Positions 26,318 through 33,960 of a stretch of DNA of 34,584 nt are shown here, piece after piece. The DNA comes from a virus. Its lineage: Duplodnaviria > Heunggongvirae > Uroviricota > Caudoviricetes. Where the stretch lies: the IMG/VR virus record IMGVR_UViG_2734482772_000010. One strand, given 5' to 3'. The notes below the pieces were generated by a model. It searched no databases and had not been told where the DNA came from. It was given only the letters and a program-made list of their open reading frames with translations. Position 1 is the stretch's first letter; every line of letters begins with the position of its first letter. The position numbers were made by a program, and so were the translations under genes.

Positions 26318-26634
26318 TGAACACGAATAACACACAAAATATCCTGATGGACAGCCCGGAAGCACTGGGGCACGCACTGTGTAATCTGGTACCGGAAATG
26401 GTGCAGGGTTTCCGCGTGGTGACTCCTTCCGGTGAAATCTGCGTACCCGCACAGGAGGCGCACCCGTTTGTACTGACGATGGAGGTGATGCTGATGCAGC
26501 AGATAAGACGTCTGCAGAATCAGTCAGCGTTGCGCCCGGTAGTTGCACCGCAACCGGTAAATACCGTGGTGAAAAACTGCGATGGCGAAACACTGTGCGA
26601 CTTCGCCAGAAAAATTGCCGCCAGAATCGGATAA
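26317..26634 (+). CDS. hypothetical early protein, 105 aa
   Basis: TAATG stop/start overlap with upstream gene; no family recognised. Confidence 0.45.
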   Translation: MNTNNTQNILMDSPEALGHALCNLVPEMVQGFRVVTPSGEICVPAQEAHPFVLTMEVMLMQQIRRLQNQSALRPVVAPQPVNTVVKNCDGETLCDFARKIAARIG

Positions 26635-26649
26635 CAGGGAAGACGAACT

Positions 26650-28419
26650 ATGACCCCGGCACTGACTGAAAAACTGGTTGAAACAGCCCGCGCGGCACGT
26701 AATGCGGGGCATGGTAAACGCGGCGCAGTATACGACGCTGCCTGTGCTGAACTTGGCATGTCCCGCGCCACTCTGCTGCGCAGGCTGAAGGAGGTCTCTG
26801 TGACTGATAAACGCAAAAAACGCGCCGATGCCGGGCGCAGCGCCCTGACCCGCGACGAAGCCGCGCTGATATCTGCCACACTGCGTGAGGCCACCCGCAA
26901 GAACGGTAAGCGTCTCTATTCCATCGCGGATGCAGTGGAAACCCTGCGGGCTAACGGCTTTATCACCGCAGGCAGAACAGATGAAACCACCGGTGAGTTT
27001 TTCCCGTTGTCTGAAGATGCCATCAGCCGTGCTCTGCGTAACTATGGCCTGCACCCGGAACAACTGGATGCCCCTGCACCACATACCGAAGTGGCCAGTC
27101 TGCATCCCAATCATGTCTGGCAGATTGACGCCTCACTCTGCACGCTTTACTACCTGAGCAATGGACATAAAGGGCTGCAGGTGATGGACAGCGCGAAGTT
27201 CTACAAGAACAAGCCCGCTAACCTTGCCCGTATCGCCAGTGACCGCGTGTGGAGTTACGAGATTACCGACCATGCCAGCGGCTGGATTTACGTTGAGTAT
27301 GTGACGGGCGCGGAATCAGGTGAGAACCTGTGTTCTGTGCTTATCAACGCCATGCAGGAGCGTGGCGGCGCAGACGTGCTACACGGCGTGCCGAAAATAC
27401 TCTATCTCGACCCCGGCTCGGCAAACACCGCGGGTATGACGAAAAACATGTGCCGCTCACTGGGCATCGACCTGATAGCGCACAAGCCGCATAACGCCCG
27501 CGCCACCGGACAGGTGGAAAAGGCGCGTGACATTATCGAACGCAAGCTGGAGCCGGGTCTGAAGTTCCGGCCGGTTCACAGCCTGGAAGAACTCAACGCG
27601 CTGGCCGCGAAATGGCGCAGCCACTTTAACGCCACGGCTGTTCACAGCCGCCACGGTAAAACCCGCACGGATATCTGGCTGAAGATTACTGCTGAGCAGC
27701 TGAAAAAAGCGCCTTCCGTTGAGGTATGTCGTGAACTGGCTGTGGCGGCACCAGAACTCCGCAAAGTCACGCCAAAACTTCGTGTCTCGTTCCGGGGCAC
27801 TGAATTTGACGTATCAACGGTACCGGGCGTACTGGTTGGTGAAAAACTGATGATTACCCGTAACCCATGGCGCAGCGATGTGGCACAGGTGGTTCTGACC
27901 GGTGAGGACGGCCACGAGACGTTCTTCCTGGTCGAAGAGGTCAGAAAGAACGAGTTTGGCTTTGCTGAAGGCGCGGCGGTATTTGGCGAAAGTTACAAAG
28001 CCCTGCCGGAAACCCCGGCACAGATGGCGGCAAAAGAAACTGAAGCGCTGGTTACCGGTACAGACAACGCCGCAGATGCAGCCGCCGCACGCAAGGCGAA
28101 GGCGCTGCCGTTCGGCGGGCGGCTTGACCCGTATAAACATATCGACGACACCACACTTCCGGCCTATATGCCGAAGCGTGGTCAGGCCTCTGACGTACGC
28201 GGGCCGCGCACTGAACAACGTCCCATGACTCATGTGGAGGCCGCGAAAGCCCTGCGCGATAAGTTCAGCGCCGACGGCCTTACCTGGACGCCGGAACATT
28301 ACCGCCAGTTAACGGCACAGTACCCGGACGGCGTACCGGAAGCCGCACTGGATGAAGTCATGGCCACGCTGACCACGCCGGCCCGCAGCAGCGTTATCAG
28401 CATTGTTAACGGCAACTAA
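26650..28419 (+). CDS. DDE transposase (Mu A-like)
   Basis: 589-aa ORF; candidate DDE triad in HVWQIDAS, ILYLDPGSANT and ATGQVEKA with retroviral-integrase-like spacing; followed by AAA+ ATPase gene as in Mu A-B. Confidence 0.8.
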   Translation: MTPALTEKLVETARAARNAGHGKRGAVYDAACAELGMSRATLLRRLKEVSVTDKRKKRADAGRSALTRDEAALISATLREATRKNGKRLYSIADAVETLRANGFITAGRTDETTGEFFPLSEDAISRALRNYGLHPEQLDAPAPHTEVASLHPNHVWQIDASLCTLYYLSNGHKGLQVMDSAKFYKNKPANLARIASDRVWSYEITDHASGWIYVEYVTGAESGENLCSVLINAMQERGGADVLHGVPKILYLDPGSANTAGMTKNMCRSLGIDLIAHKPHNARATGQVEKARDIIERKLEPGLKFRPVHSLEELNALAAKWRSHFNATAVHSRHGKTRTDIWLKITAEQLKKAPSVEVCRELAVAAPELRKVTPKLRVSFRGTEFDVSTVPGVLVGEKLMITRNPWRSDVAQVVLTGEDGHETFFLVEEVRKNEFGFAEGAAVFGESYKALPETPAQMAAKETEALVTGTDNAADAAAARKAKALPFGGRLDPYKHIDDTTLPAYMPKRGQASDVRGPRTEQRPMTHVEAAKALRDKFSADGLTWTPEHYRQLTAQYPDGVPEAALDEVMATLTTPARSSVISIVNGN

Positions 28420-28429
28420 GGAGGGAAAC

Positions 28430-29596
28430 ATGCTGGTACTGAAGCAGCAACTGAAAGAGGCCCGTATTCCACAGGCGGTGGTGGCGAGAGCTGTCGATGT
28501 TTCTGAGGCCACGCTGGCCCAGATTGTGAATCATAACGCGTGGCCCCGCACCCGCCCCGGAGAAGTGCGCCGGCGTCTTGCGTCCTGGCTGGAAAGTCAG
28601 GGGATTGATACAACGAAGAGTTTTGATGCTGTACAGGGCGCGGCCACGCCCCGTACAGCGGGTACCACAGATAAAACGAGCCTCAGTGAGGAAGAGAATA
28701 TGTTACTCAAAAAACAGGTGTTATTTCCAGCAACCAAAAAAGCGTTTGGTCTTTTCCGTGACCCGTTCGCCGACGAAGCCATGCAGGGTTCTGATGATGT
28801 GTTCACCACCCCGGACATTCGCTACGTGCGTGAGGCGCTGTACCAGACAGCCCGTCATGGCGGGTTTATGGCCGTCATCGGTGAGTCCGGTGCGGGTAAA
28901 TCCACGCTGCGCCGCGACCTGACTGAACGTATCAACCGCGAGAATGCGCCGGTGATTGTTATCGAGCCATACGTCATCGCCATGGAAGACAACGATGTGA
29001 AAGGGAAAACCCTGAAGGCAGCAGCGATTGCCGAAGCCATTATCAGTACCATCGCACCACTGGAAAGCATCAGACGCAGTCAGGACGCCCGCTTTCGCCA
29101 GTTGCATCGCGTCCTGAAAGACAGCAGCCAGGCGGGGTTCAGCCACGTTCTGGTGATTGAGGAGGCCCACAGTCTGCCTATTCCGACACTGAAACACCTC
29201 AAACGCTTTTTTGAGCTGGAGTCCGGTTTCAAAAAACTGCTGTCCATCGTGCTGATTGGCCAGCCGGAACTGGCGACAAAACTGTCTGAACGCAATATGG
29301 AAGTCCGTGAAGTCGTTCAGCGCTGTGAGGTGGTCGAACTTCTGCCTCTGGACAATAACCTTGAAGAGTTTCTGACGTTCAAACTGCAACGGGCCGGTAA
29401 ACAACTGACGGACATTATGGACGCCGGCGCAGTGGATGCCATACGTGCCCGCCTGAGCAATCCGGGAAGTCACCGTAAAAACAGGGTCAGCCTGCTGTAT
29501 CCGCTGGCCGTCAGTAACCTGGTGATAGCCGCCATGAATCTGGCTGCTGAAATCGGTGTTCCACAGGTCAACGCTGACGTTGTCAAAGGGGTTTAA
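28430..29596 (+). CDS. transposition ATPase (Mu B / TniB-like AAA+)
   Basis: ORF-track ORF 28403..29596 (TTG) with ATG at 28430 after GGAGGG; Walker A GESGAGKST and Walker B-like HVLVIEEAH. Confidence 0.8.
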   Translation: MLVLKQQLKEARIPQAVVARAVDVSEATLAQIVNHNAWPRTRPGEVRRRLASWLESQGIDTTKSFDAVQGAATPRTAGTTDKTSLSEEENMLLKKQVLFPATKKAFGLFRDPFADEAMQGSDDVFTTPDIRYVREALYQTARHGGFMAVIGESGAGKSTLRRDLTERINRENAPVIVIEPYVIAMEDNDVKGKTLKAAAIAEAIISTIAPLESIRRSQDARFRQLHRVLKDSSQAGFSHVLVIEEAHSLPIPTLKHLKRFFELESGFKKLLSIVLIGQPELATKLSERNMEVREVVQRCEVVELLPLDNNLEEFLTFKLQRAGKQLTDIMDAGAVDAIRARLSNPGSHRKNRVSLLYPLAVSNLVIAAMNLAAEIGVPQVNADVVKGV

Positions 29597-29598
29597 GA

Positions 29599-29868
29599 AT
29601 GAAATCCATCACAGGTATCAACCAGCAAATCAGCAAAGTGCAGTCAGCCATTATGGCGCTTATGGCGACGAACACGGATGTACAAAGCATCACCATCAGG
29701 GGCAATAAACCTGTCATCCGCGTTTCCCGGAGTGCGCATTGCATGCGCATGCTTGAACAGGGGAAAGCCAGTTATCTGTATACCGGTCATGACCACAGGG
29801 GACATTTCCGTCAGGGCGTTTTCGAACTGCACGGCTGTCGCGTCGTGTGGCCGGAATCTTTGTGGTAA
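29599..29868 (+). CDS. hypothetical early protein, 89 aa
   Basis: Starts 3 nt after B stop; no family recognised. Confidence 0.4.
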   Translation: MKSITGINQQISKVQSAIMALMATNTDVQSITIRGNKPVIRVSRSAHCMRMLEQGKASYLYTGHDHRGHFRQGVFELHGCRVVWPESLW

Positions 29869-29893
29869 TCAGCACAACCGGAGAAATCATAAT

Positions 29894-30424
29894 ATGGCAA
29901 AAAGTACAAAAGGGGCAAAACGTATCAAGTCCGCAGCGGCACTCTGGGTACCAGGAACACGCGAAGAGGTCATTGAGGGAATCAGACTGCTCGGTGACGC
30001 ACAACGTGAACTGGTCAGGGCTGAAACAGAAATGAATGACGCCATTGGCGATATCACCGCACGTTATGCCCCGCTCACCGAGAGCCTGAAAAAACGCATG
30101 TCAGAACTGCAGTCCGGTATCCAGACATGGTGTGAGGCACACCGTGATGAACTGACCGGCAACGGGAAGGTGAAGTTCGCTAACCTCACCACCGGCGAGG
30201 TACAGTGGAGAAACCGTCCACCGTCAGTCAGCATTCGCGGGGCGGATAATGTTATTGAGCTACTGAGACGTCTGGGGCTTGAGCGATTTATTCGTGTAAA
30301 AGAGGAAATAAATAAAGACGCCATCCTGAATGAAAAAGACGCCGTGAAAAATATTCCCGGTATTACCATAAAAAGTGATATTGAGGATTTTTCAATAATT
30401 CCTTTTGAGCAGGATGTGCAGTAA
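29894..30424 (+). CDS. gam: host-nuclease inhibitor protein Gam (Mu Gam / Ku-like)
   Basis: ORF-track ORF 29678..30424 trimmed to ATG at 29894 after GGAGAAA; KRIKSAAALWVP..ETEMNDAI..WCEAHRDELTGNGKVKFANLTTGEVQWRNRPPSVSIRG..GITIKSDIEDFSIIPFEQ closely parallels Mu Gam as recalled. Confidence 0.85.
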   Translation: MAKSTKGAKRIKSAAALWVPGTREEVIEGIRLLGDAQRELVRAETEMNDAIGDITARYAPLTESLKKRMSELQSGIQTWCEAHRDELTGNGKVKFANLTTGEVQWRNRPPSVSIRGADNVIELLRRLGLERFIRVKEEINKDAILNEKDAVKNIPGITIKSDIEDFSIIPFEQDVQ

Positions 30425-30521
30425 ACACACCACGTTAATTATTTAATAAAAACATTTTCTTTTTTATTCCGGCGTCAGCGCCGTGGGCTTCTGCACGCCG
30501 GAAACAGAGGAGAATTAAATC

Positions 30522-30716
30522 ATGATATTTAAATGTATTCAGTGCGAGAGGGATATAACAGCCCTGCGTTTTCACAGCGCCATCGCCGTGATGTCCGGTA
30601 AGTACCACATACCTGCGGTACGCGTCACCCTGATCTGCCCGTACTGCAGCCAGCATTTTTCGGCAGACGTGCCCGTCATGGAATTCTCCCGCCCTGACAG
30701 GGAGGACGCGCAATGA
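30522..30716 (+). CDS. small zinc-ribbon protein, hypothetical
   Basis: 64-aa ORF with two CxxC pairs (CIQC ... CPYC), GAGGAG RBS. Confidence 0.45.
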   Translation: MIFKCIQCERDITALRFHSAIAVMSGKYHIPAVRVTLICPYCSQHFSADVPVMEFSRPDREDAQ

Positions 30717-30985
30717 TTACCCCACAGGAAGCACGACAGCGCACCCGAACCCTTGTTGAACACTATGTCAACGAGTGTGAATGCCGCGACCTCACCGATG
30801 TGAAGCACGTCCTGACAGCGCTAATCAGCATGGCCGCTCAGGCCATTGTGGCGACCAACGGAAAGGAGGCTGCCCTGCAGGTACTGGTGAACACACTCAC
30901 CCACACGGCAAAGCATGAGGTGCCGTACCGGATGGAAACCACTGCAGAAGGCAACCTGAACATCACCGTCGACCGGAAGCACTGA
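30713..30985 (+). CDS. hypothetical early protein, 90 aa
   Basis: ATGA overlap with upstream ORF; no family recognised. Confidence 0.4.
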   Translation: MITPQEARQRTRTLVEHYVNECECRDLTDVKHVLTALISMAAQAIVATNGKEAALQVLVNTLTHTAKHEVPYRMETTAEGNLNITVDRKH

Positions 30986-30994
30986 GGGCGCGGC

Positions 30995-31291
30995 ATGACA
31001 CGGAACACCATACTCACCCGCACCGACCTCTATCGTCTGGCCCTGCAGCGTTTCGGGCCGGATGCACAGGCCCTGAAACTGACAGAAGAGGCCGCTGAAC
31101 TGGCGGCCAGTGCCGCCCGCAACCTGAACGGACAGGGCAGCGAAAGTGACCTCGCGGCAGAGCTGGCAGATGTGGAAATCATGACAGAGCAGTTGCGCCT
31201 TCAGGGGATGGACCGGCTGATTGACTTCCACAAACAGAAAAAACTGGAACGTCTGGCTGCACGACTGGGCGTGATTTACACGAACGAGTAA
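30995..31291 (+). CDS. MazG-like nucleotide pyrophosphohydrolase (small all-alpha type)
   Basis: 98-aa ORF; EEAAE ... ELADV matches the EExxE-N-ExxD metal-binding motif of MazG/HisE-type NTP pyrophosphatases. Confidence 0.55.
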   Translation: MTRNTILTRTDLYRLALQRFGPDAQALKLTEEAAELAASAARNLNGQGSESDLAAELADVEIMTEQLRLQGMDRLIDFHKQKKLERLAARLGVIYTNE

Positions 31292-31305
31292 CCGGGAGGC
31301 ATTCA

Positions 31306-31521
31306 GTGGCTGACATACTCAGGGAAATCACCGCATGGACACTGATTCTTACTGGCCTGGCGACATGCCTCAGTGCGGGGGCAGCCCTGGCTGCCCTGCT
31401 GATACACATAACAACACAGTGGCTATGGGAAAAGCTTAAAGCAGCATACAGCCTGAAAGAACTGTCCGACGCTGTTCGGGCATGGGAACAGCAAAAAAAT
31501 ACCGGAGATACTGAACAATGA
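31306..31521 (+). CDS. small membrane protein, hypothetical
   Basis: 71-aa ORF from GTG preceded by GGGAGG; one hydrophobic segment. Confidence 0.4.
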   Translation: MADILREITAWTLILTGLATCLSAGAALAALLIHITTQWLWEKLKAAYSLKELSDAVRAWEQQKNTGDTEQ

Positions 31522-32036
31522 CAGACCAGAATAAACACATTGAGAAACTGAAAAAGTTGCTGGCGCTGGCCGCATCCGGCAACCCGCACGAGGCCGCTCT
31601 GGCACTGCGCCGTGCCCGTAAACTGATGGATGTTCACGGCATTACACATTCCGACATAGCCATGAGTGATATTGATGAAACCATCAGCCACTACTGGCCG
31701 ACAGGCAGCCTCCGTCCGCCGCGCTACATGCTGGGCCTGATGAACATCATCCGTGAGGCATTTGGTGTTAACTCCATCATTCACCCCGGCACGCATCCGG
31801 GTGTGGGGTTCTACGGCAACCGGGAACGTGCGGCACTGGCTGCATATACCTGGGAAGTGCTGGCCCGCCAGCTGAAAAAGGCGCGTCAGCAGTATGTCAG
31901 TGCACAGAACAAAAGAATAAAAACCGCCACCCGCACCAGCCGTGGCGACCAGTTTGCCGAAGGCTGGGTGCTGGCCGTTATCAGTGAAATACAGACTTTT
32001 GCCCTGACCGATGACGAGCGTGAACTGATGCAGTAG
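31518..32036 (+). CDS. hypothetical early protein, 172 aa (DUF2786-like N-terminus)
   Basis: N-terminal IEKLKKLLALAASGNPHEAALALRRARKLMDVHGI resembles DUF2786 helical domain; ATGA overlap with upstream gene. Confidence 0.5.
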   Translation: MTDQNKHIEKLKKLLALAASGNPHEAALALRRARKLMDVHGITHSDIAMSDIDETISHYWPTGSLRPPRYMLGLMNIIREAFGVNSIIHPGTHPGVGFYGNRERAALAAYTWEVLARQLKKARQQYVSAQNKRIKTATRTSRGDQFAEGWVLAVISEIQTFALTDDERELMQ

Positions 32037-32199
32037 TGGCTGGAACATAAATACCCGCAGACGCAAACCACCAGGGCGCGTAAACCGGGAAGAAGTCGCA
32101 ATGGCGACGCCTCGCGCTATGCGGGGTTTCGAGAAGGGCAGAACGTCAGACTGCACCGCCCGGTCAGTGGGCAGGAACAACAGAAACTGGAGGCGGATA

Positions 32200-32607
32200 A
32201 TGGATAACGACAGCGATAACATTATTCATCTGCTTCAGCCAGATCCTGATGCAGAAGCCCAAAAACTGCTGAATGTGGTTATTTCTGAACGGAAGAATAA
32301 CGAACAAAACCAGTGCCGGCATACCCGGACAACAGTCTCTGAAATCAACCGGACGCTGACCTGTTCACTGTGCGGGTCTGTACTGGATCCATTTGAATTT
32401 ATCCTTGAGCGTGCCCGTAATGCTGAAAATATCGTACATGAAATTAAACGTCTTCATAAAAAGCTGGAAGCACTTCGTGAATCTGTCGCAGTCCTTGAAC
32501 GTGAAGAGAAAAATGCAAAAGCACGATTGCGGAGTGCCAGAACAGCAATCCTCTTTGCGGAAAATGACCTGAAAAATATTGAACTGGAGAAAAAATATAA
32601 TGGCTGA
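32200..32607 (+). CDS. hypothetical protein, 135 aa, Cys-containing with C-terminal coiled coil (AT-rich)
   Basis: ORF-track ORF 32101..32607 trimmed to ATG at 32200 after GGAGGCGG; LTCSLCGS motif; AT-rich codon usage. Confidence 0.45.
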   Translation: MDNDSDNIIHLLQPDPDAEAQKLLNVVISERKNNEQNQCRHTRTTVSEINRTLTCSLCGSVLDPFEFILERARNAENIVHEIKRLHKKLEALRESVAVLEREEKNAKARLRSARTAILFAENDLKNIELEKKYNG

Positions 32608-32803
32608 AACTATTGCCTGTTTTCTTTTCTGGTACACATATGCAGGATTATGCAGTGCCCGGCTTCATTATGCACTGGGCTTCGGTAACCATTATGACAC
32701 CGCGAATTACATCCTGTATATGACAGCTGTCATGCTGTTCTGGCCTGTCACCCTGCCAGCTGCAACTGACATTGCTGCCGGCAGACTGAAAAAGCGGGGT
32801 TGA
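32600..32803 (+). CDS. small membrane protein, hypothetical (AT-rich)
   Basis: ORF-track ORF 32579..32803 trimmed to ATG overlapping upstream stop; two hydrophobic segments. Confidence 0.4.
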   Translation: MAETIACFLFWYTYAGLCSARLHYALGFGNHYDTANYILYMTAVMLFWPVTLPAATDIAAGRLKKRG

Positions 32804-32804
32804 T

Positions 32805-33254
32805 ATGCAGAAAAAACGACTGATTCAGCTTATCCATATTGCCCGTAATGAACTGGGTCTGGATGAAGACACCTACCGCCAGATGTTACAGGGGCTGACC
32901 GGTAAAGCCTCAACCAAAGGAATGGATACCACACAACTAAACTGCGTGCTGGAATCCATGAAAAAGAAAGGCTTTCGGGTTAAACCTGCCAGAAAAGCCA
33001 GCTCCGGTTTACCGCTGGATGACCATCCGCAGTCCAGGAAAATTCGTGCGCTATGGCTTGAAATGGCTGCTGCCGGCATTGTTCGTGACCGTTCAGAAAA
33101 TGCATTAGCGCGGTGGATCAAGCGGGAAACGGGCATCAGCGCCCTGCACTGGCTCAGTACTGAACAGGCAAGCAGTGTTATTGAGAAACTGAAGAAGTGG
33201 CAGCACAGAGCTGCGGGAGTCAAACATGAGCGACCTGAATCAGTTTCGAAGTAA
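32805..33254 (+). CDS. gemA: GemA-like regulatory protein (Mu gp16 family)
   Basis: 149-aa ORF; N-terminus MQKKRLIQLIHIARNELGLDEDTYRQML resembles GemA family; immediately upstream of and overlapping the Mor-like gene, as in Mu. Confidence 0.6.
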   Translation: MQKKRLIQLIHIARNELGLDEDTYRQMLQGLTGKASTKGMDTTQLNCVLESMKKKGFRVKPARKASSGLPLDDHPQSRKIRALWLEMAAAGIVRDRSENALARWIKRETGISALHWLSTEQASSVIEKLKKWQHRAAGVKHERPESVSK

Positions 33255-33612
33255 GGGGCCGGAACTCCTGGTGGAACTGGCACAGCATACCTCTGAGACC
33301 GTTCGCGAGATTATTGATATTGAGCCCGAAGTTGCCGACCAGATTGGTCAGGCCGTCGCGAACCGCATGATGCAGGTCTGGGGCGGGCAAAACGTTTATT
33401 TTCCTATGGGGATGAGATGGAAGATAAGCCAGCGTGACCGTGAAATCTATGAGGCGTTTAACGGACGTAACCACCACGAACTGTCCCGCAGATTCAGGGT
33501 TTCAGTTCCCTGGATTTACAACCTGGTAAAGCGCGTAAGAAAGGAAGAAATCAGCCGGTTGCAGGGGCAGTTATTCGAAGACGATGATGAACCGAATGAC
33601 AGCCGGGATTAA
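33226..33612 (+). CDS. mor: Mor-like transcriptional activator (Mor/C family)
   Basis: 128-aa ORF; GGQNVYFPMG...RDREIYEAFNGRNHHELSRRFRVSVPWIYNLVKRVR parallels the Mu Mor C-terminal DNA-binding region as recalled. Confidence 0.7.
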   Translation: MSDLNQFRSKGPELLVELAQHTSETVREIIDIEPEVADQIGQAVANRMMQVWGGQNVYFPMGMRWKISQRDREIYEAFNGRNHHELSRRFRVSVPWIYNLVKRVRKEEISRLQGQLFEDDDEPNDSRD

Positions 33613-33629
33613 TCAAAAGCGAGGTGATA

Positions 33630-33866
33630 ATGCGCTATAAAACCCCCAACAGCGCCTCCCTGAAGAAGGCAGACCATGCAGATATGGCGATGGAAATTAT
33701 CCGGCATTTTTTTGACGGTCTGACTTCAACTGAGGCGAGATATGTTCTCCGGGAGTGCGACCGACTGATTGACAACTCACGTCTGCATATCGGGCCTGAT
33801 GAAAAGTGTGTTTTGTATTACGGGAAAGTTTTACGTAACCCACCACCACCGCCACGAAAGTGTTAA
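33630..33866 (+). CDS. hypothetical protein, 78 aa, last gene of early operon
   Basis: ORF-track ORF 33624..33866 (GTG) with ATG at 33630; Pro-rich C-terminus PPPPPRKC. Confidence 0.4.
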   Translation: MRYKTPNSASLKKADHADMAMEIIRHFFDGLTSTEARYVLRECDRLIDNSRLHIGPDEKCVLYYGKVLRNPPPPPRKC

Positions 33867-33893
33867 CGAGCGTCAATAAATTCCCGGTTTATG

Positions 33894-33930
33894 AAAAGCG
33901 CAATGGATAACCTGTTGCGCTTTTTTTATT
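33894..33930 (+). terminator. intrinsic terminator at end of early operon
   Basis: Hairpin AAAAGCGCAA-(11-nt loop)-TTGCGCTTTT followed by a T7 tract, ~30 nt after the stop of the last early gene. Confidence 0.6.
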
Positions 33931-33960
33931 CTGGCAGAAAAACATATCACCGGAGGAAAT

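Noticed and set aside
26524-27114. 196-aa and other minus-strand ORFs across the transposase region
   Set aside because: Antisense to the well-supported DDE transposase gene; no RBS context.
30425-30521. Possible terminator downstream of gam
   Set aside because: The T-rich tract precedes rather than follows the inverted repeat (7-bp arms, ~19-nt loop), so it does not fit an intrinsic terminator on either strand; more likely an AT-rich spacer or internal promoter region.
31179-32222. 347-aa minus-strand ORF
   Set aside because: Antisense to several tightly coupled plus-strand early genes; Cys/Arg-rich nonsense-like translation.
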